Under the pieces are notes generated by a model. That model was not told where the DNA came from, did no database searches, and was given only the letters and a program-made list of their open reading frames with translations. Both the position numbers and the translations under genes were made by a program. A DNA stretch of 64,000 nt. Source: Alloprevotella sp. (GTDB lineage: Bacteria > Bacteroidota > Bacteroidia > Bacteroidales > Bacteroidaceae). The DNA lies in contig JBGVLE010000076.1 in assembly GCA_045124135.1 (NCBI GenBank), positions 19,382 through 83,381 of the forward strand, given 5' to 3'. Below, one piece after another: positions 27,648 through 37,643 of the stretch. Numbering within the stretch: the stretch's first letter is position 1; each line of letters starts with the position of its first letter.

Positions 27648-28574
27648 TTATTTGTCTTTTTTGCCAAAGATGGAGAAGTGCACATAGCGTTTGGGATGTG
27701 CCTTGAGGTCTATCATGAGCGAGTCGGCGTGGCGCAGTGTGCCGTTGAGGTTATCATAGACGCCGCGGTCGTTGAGGAAGAGGCCGAGGGTGTTGTCGCG
27801 GCTCTGCAGTTTGCCGCTCAGATAGCTGGTGGTCTGGTTGAGGTTGTCGGTGGTCTGTCTGAGGCCGGCCAATGTGGCGTTGGCGTTGTCGACGGTGCCT
27901 TTGATGTCGGTCTGTGCCAGCTGGTGGCTGACGCTTTCCAGATTGGTGCCTATGCGGTTGGCCTTGGCCATCAGTCCGGGCACTTCATTGTGCATCATCG
28001 TGTTGAGAGCAGCGGTGCTCTCTTTGAGGTTCTGGGTGATTTCGGCCGTGTTGTGAAGCATTTCTGCCAATGCCGGGTCGGCAGTGAGGCGGTTGAGATT
28101 GCCCATGATGGAGTCGAGTTTGGGCAGGAGTCTTTCCACGGCCGGGAGCATAGTCTCAAGTTTGTTCATGGCCCCTTCGTGAATGCCGCCGATGATGGTG
28201 TCGCCCACTGAGAGGTTCTGTGTGGGGTTGGGACCGAGCACGAGGCTCATCTTCACGCCGCCCATCAGTTCCGATTCCAGTTCGGCGGTGGTGCCGACAG
28301 GCACGTTCATTGACTTGTCCACTTCGATGCATACCACCACATTGTCCGTGCGGCTGTAGTCATATTGGATGTCGCGCACGATGCCCACGGGATAGCCGTT
28401 GGCATAGACGGCGTTGGACACGGCAAGCCCCTGGATGTTGTGGAACTTGACGTAATAGGTATGGGTCGAACTGAAGATGTTGATGCCTTTGAGGAAGTTC
28501 AGGCCTATCCAAAGCAAAACGATGGCTACAACGGCCATCAGGGCAATTTTCACCTCTTTACTGATGCGTATCAT
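27648..28574 (-). CDS. MCE/MlaD family protein
   Basis: N-terminal TM, GL...VYANGYPVGIV MCE domain, C-terminal DLKAHPKRYVHFSIF. Confidence 0.85.
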   Translation of the reverse strand: MIRISKEVKIALMAVVAIVLLWIGLNFLKGINIFSSTHTYYVKFHNIQGLAVSNAVYANGYPVGIVRDIQYDYSRTDNVVVCIEVDKSMNVPVGTTAELESELMGGVKMSLVLGPNPTQNLSVGDTIIGGIHEGAMNKLETMLPAVERLLPKLDSIMGNLNRLTADPALAEMLHNTAEITQNLKESTAALNTMMHNEVPGLMAKANRIGTNLESVSHQLAQTDIKGTVDNANATLAGLRQTTDNLNQTTSYLSGKLQSRDNTLGLFLNDRGVYDNLNGTLRHADSLMIDLKAHPKRYVHFSIFGKKDK

Positions 28575-28609
28575 AGTTGGTCTGCTGTATGTGTCTGTCT
28601 GTTGGGTGC

Positions 28610-29875
28610 TTATTGGCGTTTGGCTCGTTTGATGGCTTCGGCCAGGTTGATGCGCTCACCGTCTACAAACGCCACGATGAACGTGTCGGGGAATTTGGCT
28701 GCGATGTCGCGTTGTGTCTTTTTGATTTCGGCGTAGCTTGTGGTGGCGCCGTGGGTGTATTTGTAAAGTCCGTTTTCGCGGTATGAGTCGACGGGCGAGA
28801 GCGATTTGAACCGTTTGTCGCCGGCCTTGAGCGGTCTGTCGGTGGCAAAGAGCTGCACCTTGAAAACCGGTTTGCCGCTCTCTTTGTCTGCCGTCTTGAC
28901 GGTCGTTGCTTTGGGCTCGGCCTTTTGTGTCTGGCTTTCAGTTTGGCCGCTCTGGCGCTCTGCCGGCAGGCTTTCTTCTTTGGGCGCTTCGGGCACTCTG
29001 AGACGGTCGGGCTCGGCGTTGTCAATCTTGTCGGGGGCTATGAGGGGCGAGAACGAGGCGGCGACGTTGCCAGCATGGGTCTTGATGTATTTCTGGATGC
29101 CTGCGGCAATGCTGCGGGCCATGGCCGACTGCCCGGCCGAAGAGAGGAGGTAGGTCTCTTCTTCGGGAGTGGAGATGAAGCCCAATTCGGTGAGAACGGC
29201 CGGCATGGAGGTCTTGCGCAACACGAGGAAGCCGGCTTGATGCACTCCCTTGTTCTGTCGTCCGGAATTGACGTATTGCTGCTGTATGGATCGGGCCAGT
29301 TCGACGCTTTGCTTCATATAGCGGTCCTGCATCAGCTCAAAGATGATGTAGCTTTCGGCCTTGTTGGGGTCAAATCCCTCGTAGGTCACCTTGTAGTCTT
29401 TCTCATAAGTGATGACGGCGTTCTCACGCTTGGCCACCTCTAGGTTGGCTGCCGCACGCGCCATACCGAGTGTATAGGTCTCGGCGCCGTAGGCTATGCG
29501 GCCTTTGGGCAGGGCGTTGGTGTGGATGGAAATGAAGAGGTCGGCCTTGTTGCGGTTGGCGATGTCGGCCCGCGTCTGCAGTGGAATAAACACGTCGGTC
29601 TGGCGCGTATAGACAATGCGGAGGTCTGCCGATGAGGCTTTGAGCAGCCTGCCTGTCTCGAGTGCCACGGCCAGGTTGATGTCTTTCTCTTTGCCGCGAC
29701 TTCCCACGGCTCCTGCGTCGTGGCCGCCGTGTCCGGCATCAATCACGATTGTGAAGCGGCGGCTGTCTTCGTCGTCGGCCAGTGCCGCAACAGGCCAAGC
29801 CAGGAGGACGGCCCAAAGCAAGAGGCGGATGTGACGGAAAGCACGACGCGACAGGCGCATGGCGGTGAAAGACAT
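28610..29875 (-). CDS. N-acetylmuramoyl-L-alanine amidase (Amidase_3)
   Basis: IDAGHGGHDAGA, EKDINL, FISIHTNA, VLTELGF; start uncertain (29875 or 29860). Confidence 0.9.
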   Translation of the reverse strand: MSFTAMRLSRRAFRHIRLLLWAVLLAWPVAALADDEDSRRFTIVIDAGHGGHDAGAVGSRGKEKDINLAVALETGRLLKASSADLRIVYTRQTDVFIPLQTRADIANRNKADLFISIHTNALPKGRIAYGAETYTLGMARAAANLEVAKRENAVITYEKDYKVTYEGFDPNKAESYIIFELMQDRYMKQSVELARSIQQQYVNSGRQNKGVHQAGFLVLRKTSMPAVLTELGFISTPEEETYLLSSAGQSAMARSIAAGIQKYIKTHAGNVAASFSPLIAPDKIDNAEPDRLRVPEAPKEESLPAERQSGQTESQTQKAEPKATTVKTADKESGKPVFKVQLFATDRPLKAGDKRFKSLSPVDSYRENGLYKYTHGATTSYAEIKKTQRDIAAKFPDTFIVAFVDGERINLAEAIKRAKRQ

Positions 29876-30061
29876 AGTGAAAGTTTTTGAGTGACGCCGC
29901 AAAGGTAGGCAATTTTTTCAAAAAAACGCGCGCCACGTTTTGGGTTTTAGTAAGATAACGCCTGTGTCGGTCCCTGTCTGCCGGCCATCGGGCGCAGGTC
30001 TGCCCGACCGGCATCTGCAGCCGACTGCCTCTGCGATGGAGGTGCGGCAATGGCTGCCGGA

Positions 30062-30348
30062 TGTTCACAACCGAGGGTTGAAAATGACGAAAATACCTTG
30101 ATTGTTTGCAGAAAATCATCTCCGGCAGTCGCCGTGGCCGCTCAAAAAGCCCGAAACGGCCACTTTCATCTCTTTTCTTGGGCTTGGATGCGCCTGTCAT
30201 AAGTCCGAATAATCCTGTCATAAGCCCGATTTTTTCTCTCCTTATCCCCGTAAACGTTTGAAAATGAACGAAAGTGACTCTCTCAGGGCCTTCCTCCTTT
30301 TCTCTTGCCTCAAAGATAGTTTCATTTTGGCGGAATGAAAAAGACAAA
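30062..30348 (-). repeat. Dispersed ~285-bp intergenic element, copy 3
   Basis: GTTCA 30063, ATGACG 30084; unit centres 30199/30220/30241; CAAAGATA 30311-30318; AAAAGACAA 30339-30347. Confidence 0.85.
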
Positions 30349-30522
30349 AGGCGCATCGGCGGAGGGGTGGGGCTATGTCCTTATATATAATATAGGAGCG
30401 TCTGCCGAAAAGTGACACGGCGTCACGGAAAGCGGCGAAGAATTTTACAAAAGAAAGAAAATATTATAGAAAATGTCTTTGTGGTTAAATCAAAAGGAAT
30501 AACCTTACACCTGTAAAGCAGA

Positions 30523-31910
30523 ATGAATGAAAAACTAAACAAAACTATACTCAAACTTATGGAAACAAAACCGATGAAAAAGAAATGGGTGATCATGTTC
30601 GCTCTGATGGCGCTTGTGGACATAGGCGGCATCTTCAGTCCCGAAGGCGTGACGCTGTGGGAGAGTGACGATGCCGTCGACACGGCCGATGTGGCCTGGA
30701 TGATTACGGCCACCATCTTCGTGTTGATGATGACGCCCGGCCTCTCGTTCTTCTACGGCGGCATGGTGGGCAAGAAAAACGTCATTTCCACCATCCTCCA
30801 GAGTTTCATCGCTATGGGACTGGTGAGCGTGATATGGGTGGTCGTGGGTTTCAGCCTATCATTCGGCAGCGATATCGGCGGCGTGATAGGCGACCTGCGC
30901 ACGTTTTTTATGTTCGACGGCGTGGGCGGCAAAACCGACGCTCTGCTGGCGCCGACCATACCGCTGGCCCTTTTTGCCCTCTTTCAGATGAAATTTGCCA
31001 TCATCACGCCCTCGCTCATCATCGGTTCGTTTGCCGAGCGCGTAAAGTTTTCGGCCTATCTGGTCTTTATGGCGCTCTTCTGCATCATTATTTATTGTCC
31101 CTTGGCCCATTGTACGTGGCATCCCGAAGGCCTCTTCAAACAGTGGGGCGTAGTGGACTTTGCCGGCGGTATTGTGGTGCACGCCTCGTCGGGTGTGGCA
31201 GCCTTGGCCGGAGCCATTTTCCTGGGACGGCGCAACCGCGCCATACGTTCAGACGCACCGGCCAATGTGCCTTACGTCATTCTCGGTGCCGCCATGCTTT
31301 GGCTCGGCCGGTTCGGTTTAATGCCGGTTCGTCGTTGCGGGCAGACTCCATAGCTGTCAAGGCATCCCTCAACTCCAACACGGCCTGTGCCACGGCTATG
31401 CTCACCTGGCTCTTTTTCGACTGCCTGCGCGGACGCAAAGCCCCGGCCATGGGCGCAGCAGTGGGAGCCGTGGTCGGTCTGGTGGCCATCACGCCGTCGG
31501 CCGGTTACGTCACGGTGGGACAGAGTTTCTTTATCGCTTTCGCCACAACCATCGTGTGCAATGTGGCCTGCCACCGCACCGAAAACTCACAACGCCTTGA
31601 CGATGCCCTCGGCGTCTTCCCCACACACGGCACGGGCGGCATCGTGGGCACCATCCTCACGGGTATTTTCATCCAGGAAGGTCTCATTTCCGGCACTGCC
31701 GAGGGCTGGAGCGTCTTTGGCTATCACCTGCTGGCCGTGGTCATTGTCTTTGTCTACACTTTCGTGATGAGCATGGCCCTCTATTGGATTGTCAACAAGA
31801 TGATACCGATGCGCGTGTCGCACGAGAGTAAACGACTCGGCCTCGACGTAAGCCAGCATGGCGAGACCTACAACTTTGCAGACGCCCAGACCGAAGAGGT
31901 CGACGACTGA
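30523..31910 (+). pseudogene. amt: Ammonium transporter (Amt family) split by a 1-bp deletion near 31318
   Basis: First frame ends ...MLWLGRFGLMP; second frame continues FNAGSSL...; expected WFGFNAG restored by adding one base in GGTTT-AAT. Confidence 0.8.
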
Positions 31911-32086
31911 CAAGCCTACACAACCTGTCTTCATACGCACAACGTCATAACCTAAAACAACACAAAAACAACATTAAACTAAGACTGGATTTGATAGGTA
32001 GGTGACGGACGAGAGGTGAAACGTCTTCTCTTGAAGGCTTTCCCATCTCGCCCGTTTGGCGTATTTTTGCAGAAAAATTAACGACT

Positions 32087-33316
32087 ATGACTGCCGACCC
32101 TAAACATATTCACATCGCCGACTATGTCTACGACCTCCCCGACGAGCGTATCGCCAAATATCCCAAGGCCGTGCGCGACGAGTCCAAACTGCTACACTAT
32201 CGCGACGGCGAGGTGGGCGAAGATGTCTTTCACAATCTCCCCGACTATCTGCCCGCCGGAGCCTTGATGGTGATGAACAACACCAAGGTGATACGCGCCC
32301 GACTGCACTTCCACAAAGCGACCGGCGCCCTCATTGAGGTGTTTTGTCTCGAACCACACACACCGGCCGACTATCAGGTCTCGTTTGCCACACGTGGCAG
32401 TGTGACGTGGACGTGTCTGATTGGCAATCTGAAAAAATGGAAAGAGGGCGTGCTGGAACGGCCGGTCGACGTTGGCGGCCATACCGTGATGCTCCGGGCA
32501 GAGCGGCTGGGCGTGAGCGGAACCGGACACGAAGTGCGTTTCAGCTGGACCGACGACAGCCTCACTTTCTCAGAAGTGCTCGAAGCTATCGGCGAGCTCC
32601 CTATCCCGCCCTATCTCAACCGTGAGACCGAGGCCTCAGACCTTCAGACCTATCAGACCGTCTACTCCAAAGTGAAGGGCTCGGTGGCGGCGCCGACTGC
32701 CGGCCTCCATTTCACCGACCGCGTGCTCGAGGCCCTTGCCGAGCGGGGTGTGGAACTGGACGAGGTGACCCTTCACGTCGGGGCCGGCACGTTCAAACCT
32801 GTCAAGTCCACAGAGATTGGCGGCCACGAAATGCACGCCGAACAGATAGCCGTGCGCCGACAGACCATAGAGCGCCTCATTGCCCACGGCGGACAATGCA
32901 TCGCAGTGGGCACCACCTCTGTCCGCACCCTCGAGAGCCTATATTATATAGGAGTGGCTGTGAAAGACAATCCCTCGCTCTCGCCCGACGACCTGACCGT
33001 GACCCAATGGCAACCCTATGACCGTGCTGCCGCCGATACGCCTTTGGCTACGCTCGAGGCGCTCCGGTCGCTTCTGGATTATATGCAGCGCCACGACTTG
33101 CAGACCATTCACGCTTCCACGCGCATCATCATCGCTCCCGGCTATCAGTTCCATATTGTCAAGACGCTCATCACCAATTTCCACCAGCCGGGCAGCACGT
33201 TGCTTCTGCTCGTCTCGGCTTTTGTAAAAGGAGACTGGCGGCGCATCTACGATTATGCCCTGAGCCACGATTTCCGTTTCCTCTCCTACGGCGACAGTTC
33301 CATATTGAATTTTTGA
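32087..33316 (+). CDS. queA: S-adenosylmethionine:tRNA ribosyltransferase-isomerase
   Basis: NNTKVIRARL, LPIPPYL, YQTVY, GSVAAPTAGLHF, TLHVGAGTF, VGTTSVR, TNFHQP. Confidence 0.95.
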   Translation: MTADPKHIHIADYVYDLPDERIAKYPKAVRDESKLLHYRDGEVGEDVFHNLPDYLPAGALMVMNNTKVIRARLHFHKATGALIEVFCLEPHTPADYQVSFATRGSVTWTCLIGNLKKWKEGVLERPVDVGGHTVMLRAERLGVSGTGHEVRFSWTDDSLTFSEVLEAIGELPIPPYLNRETEASDLQTYQTVYSKVKGSVAAPTAGLHFTDRVLEALAERGVELDEVTLHVGAGTFKPVKSTEIGGHEMHAEQIAVRRQTIERLIAHGGQCIAVGTTSVRTLESLYYIGVAVKDNPSLSPDDLTVTQWQPYDRAAADTPLATLEALRSLLDYMQRHDLQTIHASTRIIIAPGYQFHIVKTLITNFHQPGSTLLLLVSAFVKGDWRRIYDYALSHDFRFLSYGDSSILNF

Positions 33317-33317
33317 C

Positions 33318-33824
33318 ATGAAAGACAACGACAAAGAACTCCTCCCCTTGACCGACGAACAAGGGCAGATCGTGGGCAAAGCCACGCGAGGCGAATGTCA
33401 CGGTGGGTCTATGCTGCTGCATCCTGTCGTTCACTTGCACGTGTTCAACCTGGCGGGTGCGCTCTATCTTCAGAAACGGCCGGACTGGAAAGATATTCAG
33501 CCGGGACGATGGGACACGGCCGTGGGCGGCCATGTGGATTGGGGCGAAACCGTCGAAGAAGCTCTGCGCCGGGAGGTGCGCGAAGAGATTGGCCTCACAG
33601 ACTTCACGCCTACGTTCATTTGCCGCTACGTCTTTGAGAGCCAGAGAGAGCGCGAACTCGTCCACGTCTATCAGATCGTCACCGACTGCCCGCTCAGCCC
33701 ATCAGCCGAGACGGCCGGCGGGAAATTTTTTTCGCGTGAAGAAATACTGTCGCTCATTGGCAACGACCACTTCACACCCAATTTTGAACAAGAGTGGCAA
33801 CGCCTGTTTGGGAAGAAAGATTGA
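33318..33824 (+). CDS. NUDIX hydrolase (IDI-like)
   Basis: WDTAVGGHVDWGETVEEALRREVREEIG Nudix box. Confidence 0.85.
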   Translation: MKDNDKELLPLTDEQGQIVGKATRGECHGGSMLLHPVVHLHVFNLAGALYLQKRPDWKDIQPGRWDTAVGGHVDWGETVEEALRREVREEIGLTDFTPTFICRYVFESQRERELVHVYQIVTDCPLSPSAETAGGKFFSREEILSLIGNDHFTPNFEQEWQRLFGKKD

Positions 33825-33837
33825 ATATGACAAAACA

Positions 33838-33878
33838 AAAAAGCTACCGGCCTGAGACTGTCAGAGCGGTAGCTTTTT
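33838..33878. terminator. Bidirectional terminator between convergent NUDIX and TPR genes
   Basis: AAAAAGCTACCG / CGGTAGCTTTTT. Confidence 0.8.
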
Positions 33879-33881
33879 TAT

Positions 33882-34862
33882 TTAAAATCCATAAGGGTTG
33901 AGCCGTCTGGCCTGGTCGTTCAGCCGGTTTTCAAGGTTTGAAAACTCCCCGTCGACCTGCTCGGCAATCGAGGGCTCGATTTCCAAAGCCTTTTTGAGGT
34001 CTTCCATAGCGCCGGCTTCGTCTTTGAGCGTGTGCTTGATGCCGCCGCGCAGTTTGTAGGCCTCGGCAAAGTCGGGCAGGCTGCCGATTGCTTCGTCACA
34101 CACCCTGAGCGCTTCGTCTGTTCGTGAGGCGGCAAGGTGGGTCTTGGCCAACCATAAGAAGGCGTCGCGGTTGAATGGATTGAGTTCAAGGGCCTGAGCC
34201 AATGCGGCCACGGCTTCGTCATACTGTCCGCCGGTCGCGAGCACTCTGCCGTGAAGAATGAAATCTTCGTCTTCGGCCTCGTCGCATTGGGTCAATACGG
34301 TCGTGTCTTGAAGAGCCTCAACGGCCGATCCCATCTCAAGCAACACCTGCGCTCTCAGCCGCCGGGCCAGACGAAAACCTTCTGCCAGGGCGAGTGCCTG
34401 GGTGAGGCGGGCTATGGCCATAATGTCGTTGTGAAGGGCGTGGGCTGCAACTGCCGAGAGATAGGCGGCGCGTGGCTCGTCAGGGTGGGCGGCAATCAGC
34501 TTCTCTGCCGTGTCGAACATCGCCTCATACTGGTCTGTCCGTCCCTGGGCCCGGGCCAGGAGCAGAGCCGTCTCGACGTTGTCGGGTTGTGCCTCACATA
34601 GTGTTTCAAGCACGGGGCGGGCTTTTCCAAAATCCTGCAAGGCGAGGTAGGCCTCGGCCAGATAGCCCTTCACTTGCAGGCAGTCCGGGCAAAGTTCAAG
34701 GGCATTTTCAAAATAGGGCGCGGCAATAGCGGCCTCGCCCATTTTGAGTGCGTGCACGCCGTTGTCGCGCTGGATGTTGAATTGCCGCTCGATGTCCTTC
34801 TGTTGCTTGGCTTCGGGAGACAAAGTCTCTTTCTTGCCGAAGAGTTTGTCGAGCAGTCCCAT
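33882..34862 (-). CDS. Tetratricopeptide repeat protein
   Basis: Repeated A..L.P TPR pattern (ALELCPD, ALELNPF, ALEIEP). Confidence 0.85.
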   Translation of the reverse strand: MGLLDKLFGKKETLSPEAKQQKDIERQFNIQRDNGVHALKMGEAAIAAPYFENALELCPDCLQVKGYLAEAYLALQDFGKARPVLETLCEAQPDNVETALLLARAQGRTDQYEAMFDTAEKLIAAHPDEPRAAYLSAVAAHALHNDIMAIARLTQALALAEGFRLARRLRAQVLLEMGSAVEALQDTTVLTQCDEAEDEDFILHGRVLATGGQYDEAVAALAQALELNPFNRDAFLWLAKTHLAASRTDEALRVCDEAIGSLPDFAEAYKLRGGIKHTLKDEAGAMEDLKKALEIEPSIAEQVDGEFSNLENRLNDQARRLNPYGF

Positions 34863-34864
34863 GA

Positions 34865-35722
34865 TTAACCGTAGATGATCTTGCCGCTTTCGTCTTCGTA
34901 GGGTGCCAGATCCTTGGCATACTGGTTCATGGCTCTGAGGCTCATGCCCATGCTTGAGAAACCGCCGTCGTGGAAGAGGTTCTGCATCGTGACTTTCTTG
35001 CAGAAGTCAGAGAAGAGCACCACGCAATAGTTGGCACACTCTTCAGCGGTGGCATTGCCAAGAGGCGACATCTTGTTGGCGAAGTCCATCATGTTGTCGA
35101 TGTCCTTGATGCCTTTACCGGCTGTGGTGGGCGTGGGCGACTGAGAGATGGTATTGATACGTACGTTCTTTTCGCGGCCATAGATGTAACCGAACGAGCG
35201 GGCAATGCTTTCGAGCATACTCTTGGCATCGGCCATATCGTTGTAACCGAAGAAAGTGCGCTGTGAAGCCACATAGGTCAGGGCTACTACCGAACCGCCT
35301 TCTGCAATGGCGTCCTGCTTCTTGGCCACCTGAAGCATCTTGTGGAAAGAGATGGCAGAGATGTCGAGCGTCTTCTGGAGATAACCGTAGTCCAGATCGT
35401 CATACGTGCGATGTTTGCGCACGTTGGGGCTCATACCGATAGAGTGGAGCACAAAGTCTATCTTGCCGCCAAGTTTCTCAACGCTTTCCTTGAAAACCAC
35501 CTCGAGATCTTCCACGCTGGTGGCATCGGCAGGGATAATCGGTGCATTGAGTTTTTCAGAGAGTTCGTTAAGTTCACCCATGCGCAAGGCCATAGGCGTG
35601 TTGCTCAAAGTGATGATGGCGCCTTCTTCAACAGCTTTCTCAGCTACTTTCCAGGCGATTGACTCTGAGTTCAAAGCGCCGAAAATGATACCGCGCTTAC
35701 CTTTCAACAAATTGTGGGTCAT
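34865..35722 (-). CDS. fabI: Enoyl-ACP reductase
   Basis: GALNSESIAW, VLHSIGMS, YNDMADAK, NTISQSP. Confidence 0.9.
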   Translation of the reverse strand: MTHNLLKGKRGIIFGALNSESIAWKVAEKAVEEGAIITLSNTPMALRMGELNELSEKLNAPIIPADATSVEDLEVVFKESVEKLGGKIDFVLHSIGMSPNVRKHRTYDDLDYGYLQKTLDISAISFHKMLQVAKKQDAIAEGGSVVALTYVASQRTFFGYNDMADAKSMLESIARSFGYIYGREKNVRINTISQSPTPTTAGKGIKDIDNMMDFANKMSPLGNATAEECANYCVVLFSDFCKKVTMQNLFHDGGFSSMGMSLRAMNQYAKDLAPYEDESGKIIYG

Positions 35723-35855
35723 GTCTTTTTATTTTAGAAACTTAAAAACGGCGCAAAATTACTCATTTTGTGCAATACAGGCAAGTGTATGCCTAAAAAA
35801 ACTTGCAGCGCAGCCTTTTTATAAGGTTGCGCTGCACTGTTATAATGGGTTTGTT

Positions 35856-37643
35856 TTAGGCTTCGGCGTTAGGGCGCTCGATGTAGGCAATCACATCGCC
35901 TTTGGCCACGTGGCTGCCTTGCTTGGCGTTGATCTCTACCAGTTTGCCGCCGAGAGCAGCCGGCAACTCGACAATCTGGCCGTGGGCATTCTCTATGTAG
36001 CAGAAGAAGTCGCCTTCGGCATATTCTTTGCCGATGAAAGGCTCAATGCCTTTGACGCATTCGCCATCGCCACCGATTTCCCAGAGCACGATACCGCCTT
36101 CGGGAGCCACAATGGCGTCGGCTTTGGCGTGCTTGAAGGCTGCAGCCTCTTCGGGGCTGATGCCCTGCGAAGCGCTCTTGTCTTTGGCGGCTTGCAGGTC
36201 GGCCAGGAAGCGTTTCTTCGCGGCACCGCTCTTATAGTCGCGATATTGTGTCTCGTGCATGGCAAACTCAAAGAGTTCTTCGTCGTCCTGTCCGCGGTCC
36301 CAGCCGTTTTCTTCCATTTCTTTTTCAAAACGGGCGAGGTCGTCGGGATAGTAGCTCTGCGGGTCGGCCGTGGTGAACTCATAGCCTTTCTCTTTGGCCA
36401 GTTGCTTGATTTCGTCGGCCACCTCACCGGGCAGTTTGCCGCTCTTGCCGAGAATCATACCCCAGATGCTGTCGTCCATCATCGTGTAGCGGGGCTTGCC
36501 CATCGACTCGGTGAGGAGATTCATCAAGGCAATGTTCTTGACATATTGCGAGAAGGGGGTGACGAGGGGAGGATAACCCACGCGCGGCCATACATAGGCC
36601 ACCTCGTTGAAGAGCTTGACGAGCAAGGCGTCTTCAGAGAGCGGCTCTTTGCCTTCTTTGGCGCGGTTGCTGTTGATGGCAGCCTGCACGCCTACGAGGT
36701 CGGCCATCATCGAGCCCATCATACCGCCGGGCAGACCGCAACCCAAGAGGAGCGAACTCATCAGCTTGTTGGCAGGGTTCATGAAGTAGCCGAGGAAGTC
36801 GTCGATAAACTCTTGGGTGAGTTTGCGTGCTTCCATATAGGCGTCCATATTGATTTCGGGCACGTCGAAGCCATAGTGCTTGAGCATAGACTGTACCGAG
36901 ATGACGTCGGGATGCACCTTGCCCCAAGAGAGCGGCTCCATAGCCACATCGATCACGTCGGCGCCGTTTTTGCAAACCTCCAGAATGCTGGCCATCGACA
37001 GACCGGGACCGCTGTGGCCGTGGTATTCGATGATGATCTCGGGATGTTTGTCTTTAATCATCTTGGTCAGTTTGCCCAGCATGGCGGGCTGTCCGATACC
37101 GGCCATATCCTTGAGGCAGATTTCGGGCGCACCGGCCTCGATAAGCTGGTCGGCGATGCCGGCATAATACTCAGCGGTGTGGATGGGCGAGGTGGTGATG
37201 CAGAGGGTGGCCTGAGGCGTCATACCGGCCTCAAGGGCATATTTGATTGAAGGGATGATGTTGCGCACGTCGTTCAGACCGCAGAAGATGCGGGTGATGT
37301 CGACACCTTGTGCGTGTTTCACCTTATACATCAGACGGCGCACGTCCGCCGGTACGGGGAACATACGCAGCGCGTTGAGGCCGCGGTCGAGCATGTGGGT
37401 CTTGATGCCCACCTCGTTGAAGGGTTTGGTAAAGGCGCGTACGGCCTGGTTGGGGTTTTCGCCATAGAGCAGGTTGACCTGTTCGAAGGCGCCACCGTTG
37501 GTTTCTACGCGGGCGAAGCAGCCCATCTTTATGATGACCGGAGCAATACGTTCGAGCTGGTCTTTGCGCGGTTGGAATTTGCCGCTACTCTGGAACATGT
37601 CGCGGTAGAGCAGGCTGAATTGGATTTTACGCTTTGCTGTCAT
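35856..37643 (-). CDS. Pyruvate carboxylase subunit B / oxaloacetate decarboxylase alpha-like carboxyltransferase with C-terminal biotinyl/lipoyl-like domain
   Basis: RDMFQS, ETNGGA, CLKDMAG, HGH, PGGM, PPLVTPFSQ. Confidence 0.8.
   Translation of the reverse strand: MTAKRKIQFSLLYRDMFQSSGKFQPRKDQLERIAPVIIKMGCFARVETNGGAFEQVNLLYGENPNQAVRAFTKPFNEVGIKTHMLDRGLNALRMFPVPADVRRLMYKVKHAQGVDITRIFCGLNDVRNIIPSIKYALEAGMTPQATLCITTSPIHTAEYYAGIADQLIEAGAPEICLKDMAGIGQPAMLGKLTKMIKDKHPEIIIEYHGHSGPGLSMASILEVCKNGADVIDVAMEPLSWGKVHPDVISVQSMLKHYGFDVPEINMDAYMEARKLTQEFIDDFLGYFMNPANKLMSSLLLGCGLPGGMMGSMMADLVGVQAAINSNRAKEGKEPLSEDALLVKLFNEVAYVWPRVGYPPLVTPFSQYVKNIALMNLLTESMGKPRYTMMDDSIWGMILGKSGKLPGEVADEIKQLAKEKGYEFTTADPQSYYPDDLARFEKEMEENGWDRGQDDEELFEFAMHETQYRDYKSGAAKKRFLADLQAAKDKSASQGISPEEAAAFKHAKADAIVAPEGGIVLWEIGGDGECVKGIEPFIGKEYAEGDFFCYIENAHGQIVELPAALGGKLVEINAKQGSHVAKGDVIAYIERPNAEA

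Noticed and set aside
26751-28211. Long antisense ORFs (also 35406-37250, 12688-14031, 7709-8797, 57612-58658)
   Set aside because: Shadow frames of real genes caused by high GC3 codon bias; no recognisable motifs
29739-30356. ORFs crossing the element (also 12156-12860, 41604-42002, 54314-54517) with similar 7-aa repeats
   Set aside because: Similarity follows from the 21-bp DNA period; starts are inconsistent, several begin upstream of the promoter box or overlap real genes
30379-30396. AT-rich CCT(T)ATATATA-like motifs at 30379, 37903 and 56998
   Set aside because: Low complexity; the last is simply the AT-rich region before the helicase start; no consistent spacing or context
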